This document shows, one piece after another, positions 52,401 to 61,607 of a stretch of 64,000 nt of DNA. The notes beneath the pieces were generated by a model. The model was not told the DNA's origin. It saw only the letters and a list, made by a program, of their open reading frames with translations, and did no database searches. The stretch lies in NCBI GenBank assembly GCA_963665095.1, contig OY762069.1, positions 4,064,001-4,128,000 on the forward strand, written 5' to 3'. The DNA comes from an uncultured Desulfobacter sp. (GTDB lineage Bacteria > Desulfobacterota > Desulfobacteria > Desulfobacterales > Desulfobacteraceae). Both the position numbers and the translations under genes were made by a program. Numbering within the stretch: position 1 is the stretch's first letter; the number at the start of each line of letters is the position of its first letter.

Positions 52401-52875
52401 AAACATACTGGTTTTCCCGGCCTTCAGGGGGAAGATTGAAAAGGAAGTTTCTGTGCCTGATTTCCCAGTCGGCCATTGGTACTTTTCTTCCGGTAAGTTT
52501 GTTGTGGGTTAAAATAAAGTTGCCGCGGGTATCTTTGACAAAAACAAACAGTTCAATCAGATCTGTATGGGGCCAGTCAAATTCCAATAACATATCGCCG
52601 GGTTTCGGCAGGTTGGTCTGAATGGTGAATTGCAGCCAGAAAGTGGCATCGGTGTAACCCAGATTGGGAACATCGCGTTTGCTTTTTTTAAATCGTCCTG
52701 CCGTATGCTGTTTGACGATATCATTGATGGTCCATTTACCCTGTTTATCCTCCAGAAGTTCAATATGGCCGCCCAGGGGATAGCATCCTTTGCCCTGCTC
52801 TATCACAACAGGAAGGGCTGCATGGGATAGTGCAGTGACCAATTGTAATAACATGCAATAGAGAAACAGTTTCAT
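49444..52875 (-). CDS. Hybrid sensor kinase with 7TMR-DISM-like extracellular and 7TM input (HisKA-HATPase-REC-REC-Hpt)
   Basis: Signal peptide, PNLGYTDATFW, GAFYGLMFVIIFYNL plus ~7 TMs, [29 protein letters not shown]. Confidence 0.9.
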   Translation of the reverse strand: MKLFLYCMLLQLVTALSHAALPVVIEQGKGCYPLGGHIELLEDKQGKWTINDIVKQHTAGRFKKSKRDVPNLGYTDATFWLQFTIQTNLPKPGDMLLEFDWPHTDLIELFVFVKDTRGNFILTHNKLTGRKVPMADWEIRHRNFLFNLPPEGRENQYVFIKLKTDDSLRAPLTLWKKQAFWQHAKNEYCLMGAFYGLMFVIIFYNLLVYLTTKDLSFLLFILHIAPTALFELSFNGLGYEYLWPFFPQFNIKAMPIFVFLLIGFAAIFSKQFLSLKAYIPLSDRLMNIIIALSAIGLLILFVVPAPLANIYTASLAGIYPVVLLFISFQSLRHRIPYSKHFIFIWALVLVSTSIAGLTFLGVLPHGKFTNYFHQCCSALEASLFSIVLAGRINALREKNKKIALIGKQAEQKREAAVASSKAKSAFLANMSHEIRTPINAITGMLYLLKETELTPVQQDFTEKMRTSASALLGIINDILDISKIEAGKLKLEQIDFELNTVIENVTTLVEMTTARKNLDLIVSYDNITCMHLHGDPLRLGQVLTNLINNAVKFTNRGEVGIYCKKIGENRFRFDVTDTGIGLTDEEIGRLFLSFSQADKSTTRKYGGTGLGLAISKHLVEMMDGRIWVKSMSGRGSVFSFEVTLFEQPENTESSVESETFDDKTALIIDGSASWRRILQKMLGQYHIRTQAISDGKKAVDMITREKFDLVFVDRNIQAMGWKETITAINRQPGSGTGIIVMTQAYHQKRMMQEAEKEKIAAFLLKPVSPFYLHNIIHKIFTGETIEQTPPQSSINIASLRKEIKTLKGSQILLVDDIKLNREIICGILTGSGIMIDEAENGQIALEMVRNAPEQYELIFMDIQMPVMDGYEATKQIRRINQHIPIIALTASAMESDVRQAMEIGATRHLRKPVEVDQLFLTLLKFVSKKCEPCNISDTSSGQPEASVENVKASLEEGLQALTQLDVPLGLRHTNGDKTLFIKLLCNFAGEYQGVTTKLRETIDKDKNQAERIAHTIKGLAANIGAARLHKLAEQIEMTLDQTLLPAFDEALNDVIGEIRASSIFQAQPDRVTLKKITTQKCNELWEQLSEAVETRRPHLIQPLLAVLEEAALEPDDAKLFENVKTALKKYRFHQALDAIKQKK

Positions 52876-53052
52876 TCAGGGAAACCTGTGTCTAAATTTT
52901 TAAACGGGATTTGACTGGATTGTTACTGTCAAATCTATAACGGATTGAAAAAAATGTCAAAAAAGGAATTTTGTACCTGCCGGCCCGCAGGTGTTATGGG
53001 TTCAACATCCTGAGCGAAAAATTTGTCTTTTGACGAAGCGTTGTCTGATAAC

Positions 53053-53085
53053 AACAAAGGCCCCGCAATTAACAGGGCCTTTGTT
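53053..53085 (-). terminator. Terminator hairpin after the ThiF-nitroreductase gene
   Basis: AACAAAGGCCC (53053-53063) / GGGCCTTTGTT (53075-53085). Confidence 0.6.
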
Positions 53086-53149
53086 CTTTTACAAAAATTG
53101 GGAGGGAATCATAAATTGGGGGTCAGGTAATATTCCATTTTTTATTTTT

Positions 53150-55177
53150 TCAGTCCAGCAAGTTGTCAAAGCCCTGCCTCAGGGTGCCGAAACGCATATC
53201 TTCGCCCATGCCAAATCTGAACAGCATGATCTGGGCTTTCTCATCCAGGTTGGGGATGGAAAAAAGAGAGTTATATTCCGGTTTTATTTTTTCCAGCATT
53301 TTGGTGTGGGCCGCTGAAAACTCAACGTCTCCTTCCATCTGAAGTCGCAGGAAGAACATGGTGAGGGCCGTCATGGGCTGGAACTGGTATCCGGCATGGG
53401 TCAGGCCCAGCCAGATCCGTTCCAGGGCCCGGCCGCCGTTAAGGAGCTGGTCGCGTCCGGTGCCGTCCACAGTTACAAGGCCCACGCCGGAGGCGTTCAT
53501 GATGCCCTTATGGGCGACAGCCGCCACGATTCGTCCGATGCCAAGGGTATTGGCAATGCTCATCATGCCCCAGCTTTTGGTCAGCTTCAGGAAGAGCTCG
53601 CCTTCCGGCCCGCCTTCCAGGTTTTTAAGGTAGAACCCGTCCCTTTTTTCCATGGCGTCGTCCAGGGTAAACCGGATCATGGCATTAAGGTGTTCGTGCA
53701 GGTCCCGGCGTTCGGTTCTGATCCGGTCCGCCATACTGACAAGACGGGCCACTTTCTCAAGCGCTGCCCGGTCCGTGATAAAATGGACTCCGGTGCCCTG
53801 GATATCCTTAATTGAGGAGGAGAGCCGCTCTAACATGGGCGCTGGCGGATCAGCTATTTTAAACAGTTTGCGGTTGGTGTGCCGTTTCCATATCATATCG
53901 GCCAGCGGGTCTTTCTTTATACCGGCCTCTTTTGACAGATTAAGTTCTGCCACCTTGTTCCCATCGTTTGAAAACCGGACACCTGCTTTCAGTCCCAGCT
54001 TTGTGGCTGCCAGACGCATGTTTTCAATGGCGGCCCCGCAGGAGATAAGGGATGCGGACTGGTTGACGTTAAAAAAGGAGTGGTCCACAGCCTCGTTTAA
54101 AAACAGGGAGACTTTATCCGGGTCATAACTGAATTTCCAGGGCTGGCAATTGTCGCCGGAGGGTGCCTGGATGCCGGCGTGGATAATATATTCCAGCATC
54201 TCCTTGGAAATTTCTGTATCTGTGGCCTTGACCGCCGGAATTTCCGCCTCTTCCGGGCCAATGGTGGTATTCTTGTTAATCATCTTTTTGACAACTGTTT
54301 TTTTGACCCGCTGCCAGGGATGGCGGTTGCCCATGTGCAGTTTTTTGACAATGTATTTGCCGATGTACGGATCAAACTGGGTAAAGTAGGGAACCGGATG
54401 GATTTTTCCGCGTTTACAAAGAATTTTCACTGCCTCAGTACCGGCAAGTCCTGCGCACAGCTGACAGGCAATGTTCAGGGACGGGCCCTTCCGGGATTTG
54501 AAGCTCACTTTGGAGGTATCCATGTACTTAAACTGGAGTGCTTTGGGAGCGAGCCCTAAGGCAAAGGAGAGATAACGGTCCTCGTACTCCATGCTTTCAA
54601 CAATATCAAAATATTCATCAAAGCCCATACCCCGGTCCGGGGCAAACACCAGCATGGCCGAGCTGAATCCCAAAGGTCCCGCTGTAATTACATGAAGCCC
54701 TTTTTCCCTGGCTTTTTTAAAGAGCATCCGCCGGGCATCAAAGGCGAAAAAGTCCAGAGCGTCAATGACCAGATCCAGTCCGTCCAGAAATTCATCAATG
54801 TTGTCCGGGCCGATCCCTTTGGGGAATTCTTTAATGGTTATAAAGGGGTTGACACTTAGTGCCTGCTCCTTCATCACCGTCATTTTCTGTCGTCCGAAAT
54901 CAGGGACCCGGGCACCGAACTGCCGGTTGATATTGGCCGCCTCATATACATCATAATCAGATATATGAAAATGTCCGATCCCGGTTCTGACCATGGTCAT
55001 GAAGTGGTTGCCGCCAACTCCGCCCATGCCTGGAATCCCCACAGTGGCGTTGGCCAGGGTATCCTGTTCCTCCTGGGTCAAAAGGCCCAGGTTCCGTGAA
55101 AATGCCTCGTCAAAATACTCTTTTCTAGTAAAAAGGCTGTACTCTGCGAGTTTTTCCATCAAAGGTGCAATGTCCAT
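53150..55177 (-). CDS. ThiF adenylyltransferase - nitroreductase didomain protein (OxzB-like architecture)
   Basis: FSRNLG, GMGGVGG, DYDVYEAANINRQ, IDALD (ThiF); APSGDNCQPW, RHTNR, GRALERIWL (nitroreductase); AGGAG RBS. Confidence 0.88.
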   Translation of the reverse strand: MDIAPLMEKLAEYSLFTRKEYFDEAFSRNLGLLTQEEQDTLANATVGIPGMGGVGGNHFMTMVRTGIGHFHISDYDVYEAANINRQFGARVPDFGRQKMTVMKEQALSVNPFITIKEFPKGIGPDNIDEFLDGLDLVIDALDFFAFDARRMLFKKAREKGLHVITAGPLGFSSAMLVFAPDRGMGFDEYFDIVESMEYEDRYLSFALGLAPKALQFKYMDTSKVSFKSRKGPSLNIACQLCAGLAGTEAVKILCKRGKIHPVPYFTQFDPYIGKYIVKKLHMGNRHPWQRVKKTVVKKMINKNTTIGPEEAEIPAVKATDTEISKEMLEYIIHAGIQAPSGDNCQPWKFSYDPDKVSLFLNEAVDHSFFNVNQSASLISCGAAIENMRLAATKLGLKAGVRFSNDGNKVAELNLSKEAGIKKDPLADMIWKRHTNRKLFKIADPPAPMLERLSSSIKDIQGTGVHFITDRAALEKVARLVSMADRIRTERRDLHEHLNAMIRFTLDDAMEKRDGFYLKNLEGGPEGELFLKLTKSWGMMSIANTLGIGRIVAAVAHKGIMNASGVGLVTVDGTGRDQLLNGGRALERIWLGLTHAGYQFQPMTALTMFFLRLQMEGDVEFSAAHTKMLEKIKPEYNSLFSIPNLDEKAQIMLFRFGMGEDMRFGTLRQGFDNLLD

Positions 55178-55187
55178 AAGAAATCTC

Positions 55188-55483
55188 CTATTTTTTTGAT
55201 CCGGGACCCAGGTAGATAACCGCAGGCAGACCCACAAGGTCGGCAATGAAAGCGGTCAGCATAATCACGGCACGTAAGACGCCGAAATTAACATGGGTGT
55301 GAATTTTAAAAAAACCATGACACCGAACCCAATACCCGGGGTAACTGATGATGTCGGAATGGCTTGACTTTTTTTCATGGTAACCCGGTTAGGGGCCTCA
55401 TCACGATCCTGGCCTTTCTGCCGCAGCTTGATATATTCATACAGGAAATGGATGGTATCATCAACGGCTTTTCCAGGCGTCAT
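55188..55483 (-). pseudogene. C-terminal remnant of an MMPL/RND transporter
   Basis: AVDDTIHFL..GIGFGVMVF, then after a frameshift NFGVL..IMLTAFIADLVGLPAVI..*, ending at the RBS of the ThiF gene. Confidence 0.75.
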
Positions 55484-55766
55484 AATTATATATTGGATAA
55501 TGATGCTTATATCCTTTATACTGTCATTTCTATTCATCGTAGAATAGTTCATGTTGTGTATATTTTTTAAAAAAGCGGGTACCCCAAAAAACGACCGGTC
55601 AAGGACAAACGACATCGCAATAAAACACCAGTGAGGCTGCAGTACGAAATTGAGTTTGGTTTTCATCTTTTTTTCTTGACTTCGACAGGAGTTTAAAAAT
55701 ATACCTGACGGTATCACGAACCATTTTTTTTATCTACATAAAATTGAATTATTTTTGGGAGTTGTG

Positions 55767-56498
55767 ATGTTTGAATACGGGAAATTCAAATTCAAGGAAG
55801 CCGCAACCCAGGAGTTGAAAGACCAGGTTTACAGACTGCGGTACGAAGTTTATGCCATGGAGTTCGAATTTGAGAACCCTGCCGATTTCCCGGACAAACG
55901 TGAACAGGATGATTATGATCCGTATTCCATTCATTTTGTGGCACTTAATGAGTATGACGAAGTGATAGGTACTGTCAGAATCATTCTTGAAAATGAAAAA
56001 GGGTTTCCTGCGGATCATGCATCTGACACGTCAGGGTTCAAGGACCGGCCTGAAGACAGGCATTTGACGGAAGTGTCCCGCCTGGCTGTATCCAAAACCA
56101 TGAGGCGGCGGCCTGAAGACGGTCTTCACGGGGTGGAGTCTTATCTCCCCCGGTCAAAGGGCGGCGTGGCAGATGCGCCTGACAGGCACAAGGGGTCTGA
56201 AAAACGGCAGCAGCCGGTTATCATCCTGGGATTATACAAGTCGGTATATCTCAAATGCAAGGAACTGGGCATTACCCACATGGTGATGATCACCGAGGAA
56301 AAACTGTTCCATGCCCTGTGTCAGTTTGGCTTTATCTTTTATCAGATCGGCCCGTCCGTGGAATATCATGGCCAAAGAACCCCTTACGGCACCTCATGGG
56401 CTGCCATTGAGCGGTACATGTACGAGACACATAAAGATCTTTTGGAATTTCTCACCTTTGGACTTGATAAAGAAGACCTTCCTGAATTTTTGCAATAA
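55767..56498 (+). CDS. N-acyl amino acid synthase-like (PEP-CTERM/exosortase-associated, FeeM-like) acyltransferase; start approximate
   Basis: YRLRYEVY..EQDDYDPYSIH..GTVRII..EVSRLAVS..GPSVEYHGQRTPY. Confidence 0.85.
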   Translation: MFEYGKFKFKEAATQELKDQVYRLRYEVYAMEFEFENPADFPDKREQDDYDPYSIHFVALNEYDEVIGTVRIILENEKGFPADHASDTSGFKDRPEDRHLTEVSRLAVSKTMRRRPEDGLHGVESYLPRSKGGVADAPDRHKGSEKRQQPVIILGLYKSVYLKCKELGITHMVMITEEKLFHALCQFGFIFYQIGPSVEYHGQRTPYGTSWAAIERYMYETHKDLLEFLTFGLDKEDLPEFLQ

Positions 56499-56528
56499 TA
56501 AACAGTACCTGAATGAAAACACCAATTA

Positions 56529-56569
56529 AAAATACCACTGCCCGGCAGAATGCCGGGCAGTGGTATTTT
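56529..56569. terminator. Strong bidirectional terminator
   Basis: AAAATACCACTGCCCGGCA-GAA-TGCCGGGCAGTGGTATTTT, a perfect hairpin. Confidence 0.9.
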
Positions 56570-56627
56570 TACTTAACAGCCGTTAAAAAGATCGCAATTT
56601 TCGCTGATTAAATTTTGCCTGGGTATA

Positions 56628-57455
56628 TCAGGAGCCCGTGGCAAAAAATGTTTGCGGCTCTTTGGGGGCGGCACAGTTTTCATTGAGCCATTTGGCTTTA
56701 TCTTTAATGGGGCCGTCCTTCATGATTCTTGCCCCTTCCGGACATGCCTTGATACAGGCACAGCACAAAATACAGTTTGCACCGATAGTCATGTACCCGT
56801 TCTCTGCATCAATGGCGTTTGACGGGCAGGCTGTGGCACAGGTGCCGCAGTTGGTACACTGATCCGTGACCTGAATAAAGTCCGGGGCACCCTTGCCCAT
56901 ACCGTCCTTGTAGGGAAAGTTTCCCGGTACCTTCAGAGGCGGCAGGGTTGTCAGATCATTGGTCTCTTTGAGCAGATCCCCTGTATATTTACCAAATTCC
57001 TCAGCCAGGCCCAGGTCGTTTTCATCCGGACGGTTCATGGCCACAGGAATATCTGCGTTTGCAAAGGAGTGTTCTCCAATAAAAGCAGCCCCTGAAACAG
57101 GGATAAATCCACACGCTGTTGCAATATCTCTCAGCTCCAGCAGGGCATCGTCATATTCCCTGTTTCCGTATACCACGGTCAGCAGGGCAGGGGTGCCGGA
57201 TGCCTTCAGCGTTTTAAAAGCGTCTGCGGCATCGGCAGGTAGACGACCGGCATATACGGGTGCCCCTAACAGAACAATATCATCGCTGCCAAAGGCAGCT
57301 GATAAGGAATCGCGAGCTTCCGGACGGGTAATATTAACCGTGGTAATGGTGGCTCCGTCCATGCCAAGTTCCTGGGCAAGGCCCTGGGCAGTCGCCTTAA
57401 GCACTGTTTCTGTGGTCTTGGTCGGGCTGAAATAGACCAGTGTGATGTTTTTCAT
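56628..57455 (-). CDS. Flavodoxin-like / 2x[4Fe-4S] ferredoxin (EFR1-like)
   Basis: YFSPT..T, PVYAGR, VYGNREYDDALLEL, CTNCGTCATACP, CILCCACIKACP. Confidence 0.88.
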   Translation of the reverse strand: MKNITLVYFSPTKTTETVLKATAQGLAQELGMDGATITTVNITRPEARDSLSAAFGSDDIVLLGAPVYAGRLPADAADAFKTLKASGTPALLTVVYGNREYDDALLELRDIATACGFIPVSGAAFIGEHSFANADIPVAMNRPDENDLGLAEEFGKYTGDLLKETNDLTTLPPLKVPGNFPYKDGMGKGAPDFIQVTDQCTNCGTCATACPSNAIDAENGYMTIGANCILCCACIKACPEGARIMKDGPIKDKAKWLNENCAAPKEPQTFFATGS

Positions 57456-57473
57456 GTTAAAACCTCCTTAAAT

Positions 57474-58214
57474 TCAGCGTATCCTTGTGTTTGGAACAAA
57501 GGGGGAAATAGCTGTCTTTAATTCTTCTAATTCCTCCTGATTGAAAAAATGCGCCTCTTCTTTTGTAAAGTTGTGATCCAGGACAGCCACGTCCCGGGAA
57601 CAGGGCTGCAGAACATATGATGCCGCCCCTTGGATCATTGCGCCAATATTTTTCATGATGCCGGGTGAGACAAACGGCCTTGCACAGGTGGTCCGGAATT
57701 CATACGCCGGTGCCTTTTTCATGATCAGTGCAATGCTCTCCATGACCCGGTCCAGTTGTCCGGGCTGCTTCATGACCATGGGATAATGCTTAAGATCAGT
57801 TTTGATATCCATGGCAATGTAATCCGCAAAACCCCGGTCCAGAAGCTGTTCAACGATTTCCGGCCGGGTGCCGTTGGTATCCAGTTTGATTTTATATCCC
57901 ATCTGCCGTGCTTTGCTGATGAAATCTCCAAGGTCTTTCTGAAGGGTGGGTTCTCCACCGGTGATCACCACGCCTTCAATCATGCCTTTGCGTTTTTCCA
58001 GGAACGCCAGAATCTCTTCCTGGTCCGGAATATAGATATTATCCGAAACGTGTTTGCCGGATCTGCCCTCTCCATCCGGGAGGGCAGATCCGGCAACCAG
58101 ATCCGGGTTGTGGCAGTACGGGCAGGTAAAGTTGCAGCCCCTGGTGAATACTACGCAGGCGATGGCCCCTGGAAAATCAATCAGGGAGTTTTTTTGAAAT
58201 CCGCCGATGTACAT
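57474..58214 (-). CDS. nrdG: Anaerobic ribonucleotide reductase activating enzyme
   Basis: SLIDFPG..GCNFTCPYCHNP, ITGGEPT, KLDTNG; directly after nrdD. Confidence 0.93.
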   Translation of the reverse strand: MYIGGFQKNSLIDFPGAIACVVFTRGCNFTCPYCHNPDLVAGSALPDGEGRSGKHVSDNIYIPDQEEILAFLEKRKGMIEGVVITGGEPTLQKDLGDFISKARQMGYKIKLDTNGTRPEIVEQLLDRGFADYIAMDIKTDLKHYPMVMKQPGQLDRVMESIALIMKKAPAYEFRTTCARPFVSPGIMKNIGAMIQGAASYVLQPCSRDVAVLDHNFTKEEAHFFNQEELEELKTAISPFVPNTRIR

Positions 58215-58226
58215 GGGAACAACGCG

Positions 58227-60350
58227 TTATGATGCCATTTTATCAGAAACAACTTTATGGGTATTGTAGGTCTTGCGCATGCAGAACTCTGTCTGCTTGC
58301 CGTTGTTCCACTGGCTCACAGGCCGCAGGTACCCGACCACCCTGGAATAGACCTCCGTGTCTGCATTACAGGTGTCGCACTTGACATGCTCACCTGAAAT
58401 ATATCCGTGAGAGGGGCAGATACTAAAGGTCGGGGTCAGGGTAAAGTAGGGCAGGCGGAATGAATTAGAAACCTTGGATACCATATGCTTGACCACTTCT
58501 GTGTCCGCAACCTCCTCACCCAGGAACAGATGCTGAACCGTGCCGCCGGTGTACTTGGTCTGGAGTTCGTCCTGCAGTTCAAGCGCTTCGAACAGATCGT
58601 CGGTATAGTTGACCGGCAGGTGGGTGGAGTTGGTATAGAAAGGATCTGATCCGTTCTGGAATTCCACTTCATTGGCACACAGAATCCGTTTGAATTTTTT
58701 CTTATCCAGGTTGGCAAACCGGTAGGTGGTGCCTTCGGCCGGCGTCGCCTCCAGGTTGAATATTTCGTCGGTGGCCTCCTGCAGGCTTTCAATTTTGCTG
58801 CGGAGATGGTCCATCACTTTGACGGCAAACGCCTGACCCTTGGAAGTAGCAATGCCGTTTTCTTCCCCCAGGAAGTTCAGGCAGGCCTCATTCATGCCAA
58901 GCACACCAATGGTGGAAAAATGGTTCCGCCAATAGACCCCTGTGCTTTCCTTGATTTTTCTTAAGTAAAATTTTGAATAGGGATACAGATCTCCTTCAGT
59001 GAATTTTTCAAGGATTTTACGTTTTATTCCTAAAGATTCGGCGCTCAAATCAACAAGCTTGTCCAGGCGCGCAAAGAAGTCCGCTTCATCCTGGGCAAGA
59101 TAGCCTATTCTGGGCATATTCAGGGTGACAACCCCGATGGAGCCTGTCAAAGGATTTGCGCCAAAAAGACCGCCGCCACGCTTGCGCAGCTCCCGGTTGT
59201 CCAGGCGCAGCCGGCAGCACATGGAACGTGCATCCTCTGGATCCATGTCTGAATTGACAAAGTTGGAGAAATAGGGAATGCCATACTTGCCTGTCATTTT
59301 CCAGATATTTTCCAGTCTGGGATTGGCCCAGTTAAAATCAGCCGTAATATTGTAGGTGGGGATGGGAAAGGTGAAAACCCGGCCCTTGGCATCCCCTTCC
59401 ATCATCACCTCGGCAAAGGCTGCATTGATGGTGTCCATCTCTTCCTGGAATCCGGCATAGGTCTCCTGCTGATACTCTCCGCCGATGATGATCGGAGAAT
59501 CCTTGAGCGTGGACGGTACGTTCAGGTCCATGGTGATGTTGGTAAAAGGCGTCTGAAAGCCTACCCGGGTGGGAATATTGATGTTGAAAACAAATTCCTG
59601 CAGCGCCTGTTTTACCTCTTTATATTCAAGATCGTCGTACCGGACAAAGGGGGCCAGAAGTGTATCAAAATTGGACATGGCCTGGGCACCGGCCGCTTCT
59701 CCCTGAAGCGTGTAGAAAAAGTTGACAATCTGCCCCAGCGCGCTTCTGAAATGTTTGGGCGGGGAGGACTCCACTTTACCGGCCACCCCTTTGAACCCTT
59801 CCATGAGAAGATCCTGCAGGTCCCAGCCCACACAGTAGACAGATAAAAGACTTAAATCATGGATATGGATATCTCCGGAATAGTGGGCATTCCTGACAGG
59901 TGGCGGATAAATTTTATTGAGCCAGTACTCGGCAGTAATGTCAGATGAGATATAGTTGTTCAGCCCCTGCAGGGAATAGCTCATATTTGAGTTTTCCCGG
60001 ACTTTCCAGTCCATACGGCTGATATAGGATTCCATGAGGCCGACGTTTTCATCAATGGCGATTTTCCGGATCTGGTTATGCTGTTCCCTGTAAATAATGT
60101 ATGCTTTTGCGGTTTTGTAAAACGGGGAATCCAGTAGCACCCGTTCCACAATATCCTGTACCTCCTCAACCTCTGGAATGGGGCCTAACTGAAGGTCCCG
60201 TGCAAGGGTCAGCACCCGCATGGTCAGTTTTTTGGCATCTCTGCCGTTGAATTCACCGGTGGCCTCTCCAGCTTTGACCAAAGCACTTGTAATTTTGGAA
60301 GAATCAAAAGCCGCTACCCGTCCGTCTCTTTTTTTGATTTGTTCAAACAT
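58227..60350 (-). CDS. nrdD: Class III anaerobic ribonucleoside-triphosphate reductase
   Basis: ATP cone (IKKRDG), HIHDL, RSMCCRL, EATPAEG, CPSHG..CDTC, glycyl radical motif YSRVVGYLRP. Confidence 0.96.
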   Translation of the reverse strand: MFEQIKKRDGRVAAFDSSKITSALVKAGEATGEFNGRDAKKLTMRVLTLARDLQLGPIPEVEEVQDIVERVLLDSPFYKTAKAYIIYREQHNQIRKIAIDENVGLMESYISRMDWKVRENSNMSYSLQGLNNYISSDITAEYWLNKIYPPPVRNAHYSGDIHIHDLSLLSVYCVGWDLQDLLMEGFKGVAGKVESSPPKHFRSALGQIVNFFYTLQGEAAGAQAMSNFDTLLAPFVRYDDLEYKEVKQALQEFVFNINIPTRVGFQTPFTNITMDLNVPSTLKDSPIIIGGEYQQETYAGFQEEMDTINAAFAEVMMEGDAKGRVFTFPIPTYNITADFNWANPRLENIWKMTGKYGIPYFSNFVNSDMDPEDARSMCCRLRLDNRELRKRGGGLFGANPLTGSIGVVTLNMPRIGYLAQDEADFFARLDKLVDLSAESLGIKRKILEKFTEGDLYPYSKFYLRKIKESTGVYWRNHFSTIGVLGMNEACLNFLGEENGIATSKGQAFAVKVMDHLRSKIESLQEATDEIFNLEATPAEGTTYRFANLDKKKFKRILCANEVEFQNGSDPFYTNSTHLPVNYTDDLFEALELQDELQTKYTGGTVQHLFLGEEVADTEVVKHMVSKVSNSFRLPYFTLTPTFSICPSHGYISGEHVKCDTCNADTEVYSRVVGYLRPVSQWNNGKQTEFCMRKTYNTHKVVSDKMAS

Positions 60351-60434
60351 CTGACTACCTCTTGAAATCTGATTGATATTCGCATACCCTGATGAGAATG
60401 CAGCCCGGGGTTCCAGACTGCAAAATCAGACTTA

Positions 60435-60482
60435 TCGCAATATGTAGTTGGATGTCAAGAAGAAAAAAACCATATCTTGTGT
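60435..60482 (-). promoter_or_regulatory. Tandem NrdR-box-like sites
   Basis: TCGCAATATGTAGTTG (60435-60450) and AAACCATATCTTGTGT (60467-60482), 32 bp apart, flank a minus-strand TTGACA upstream of nrdD. Confidence 0.75.
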
Positions 60483-60509
60483 TTTAACAAAATGCTTACA
60501 CGGACCGAT

Positions 60510-60758
60510 ATGCAGCTTGATCAGGCCCCTTTTTTTAGAAAAACCATAACTCCTTGGTATGATTCCAACTTTGCCTGCTGGGTGTTAATTTGGGCTATGG
60601 TACTGGTATTCTGCTTTGCTGTGGGCGGGGTCATTGTGGCCAATGGCACCCCCTGGCTGGCGCCCCATATCTGGTTTCCACTGCTCCTGGCAGGGCTGTC
60701 AGGGTTTCTGGCGGTAAAAGTGTTCTTGCGGTTGCGTATGAGAGCCTGCAACGAGTAG
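60510..60758 (+). CDS. Small two-TM hypothetical membrane protein
   Basis: MQLDQAPFFRKTITPWYDS followed by two hydrophobic segments. Confidence 0.6.
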   Translation: MQLDQAPFFRKTITPWYDSNFACWVLIWAMVLVFCFAVGGVIVANGTPWLAPHIWFPLLLAGLSGFLAVKVFLRLRMRACNE

Positions 60759-60847
60759 CCTGTGTTCTGAAAAAGTTATTCCCTGAAAGCGTTTTTAAAA
60801 ACCATCCCTCTCATTTAGTGCCTGAACGAAAACCCCGTGTCTGGTGT

Positions 60848-61423
60848 TTAATCCATGATGTCACCCACCACTTCAAGCAGGTGGTGAACAATTTTTGCCG
60901 TAACGCCCCATATCACCACATCTTTATATGGATAGGTCAGCTCCATGATGCTGGGCCTTCGGCCGGCATAGCCCTTCTGGTGGTGGGTATGCCAGAGATG
61001 CTCAAAAGGAATCTGAAATACCCTGGAGATTTCTTCAGGGTCAAACACAATGTCGTCTTTCCGGTTCCAGATCCCTGTAAAGGCCTGGATATCTCTGTTG
61101 TTCAATGTCTGGAAATGTCCCAGGGAGCCTACGACCTCCACATTTTTGGAAACAATGCCGGTTTCTTCATATAACTCACGTAATGCGGCCTGCTTTGCCG
61201 ATGGATCTGTTTTTTCCACATGCCCCCCGGGAAAGGCCATCTGGTTACGCCAGGTATATCCTTCCCGGTCAGCCTTTTGGATAAAAAGCAGCAAAGGCGC
61301 CTGGCTGAAAAGAAACAGGGCCATAACTGAGGTAGGGCGGAAAACATCCGGATCCGGCGCGCCTGGGTGTTCTGCCGCAGCCACTGCATGGTGAATTTTT
61401 TCAATATAGACTGAAGAATCCAT
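60848..61423 (-). CDS. NUDIX hydrolase (CoA pyrophosphatase-like); start approximate
   Basis: QMAFPGG..AALRELYEETG Nudix box, IWGVTA. Confidence 0.88.
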   Translation of the reverse strand: MDSSVYIEKIHHAVAAAEHPGAPDPDVFRPTSVMALFLFSQAPLLLFIQKADREGYTWRNQMAFPGGHVEKTDPSAKQAALRELYEETGIVSKNVEVVGSLGHFQTLNNRDIQAFTGIWNRKDDIVFDPEEISRVFQIPFEHLWHTHHQKGYAGRRPSIMELTYPYKDVVIWGVTAKIVHHLLEVVGDIMD

Positions 61424-61607
61424 GAGCATAAGAGTATCCTTTTTAACAGTGCGCACCAAGCCTACAATCTTAAAAGCCCCGTGTCAAATTGTGCGGGTTT
61501 GAATTTTGGGAACCTGCCTTGACAATTTCCATTTTGCAACAATTATATTTTGAAAATTAATAGCAACTTTAAACTTATACTAGAACTTTGACATTTTAGG
61601 AGTTAAC

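Noticed and set aside
55265..55717. 150-aa minus-strand ORF as a real gene
   Set aside because: Its 5' part is AT-rich promoter-like DNA, and the protein-like part is a frameshifted MMPL remnant.
61500..61607. CIRCE/HAIR heat-shock operator before htpG
   Set aside because: No TTAGCACTC-N9-GAGTGCTAA or CTTGAGT-N7-ACTCAAG match; only a TTGACA and weak direct repeats are present.
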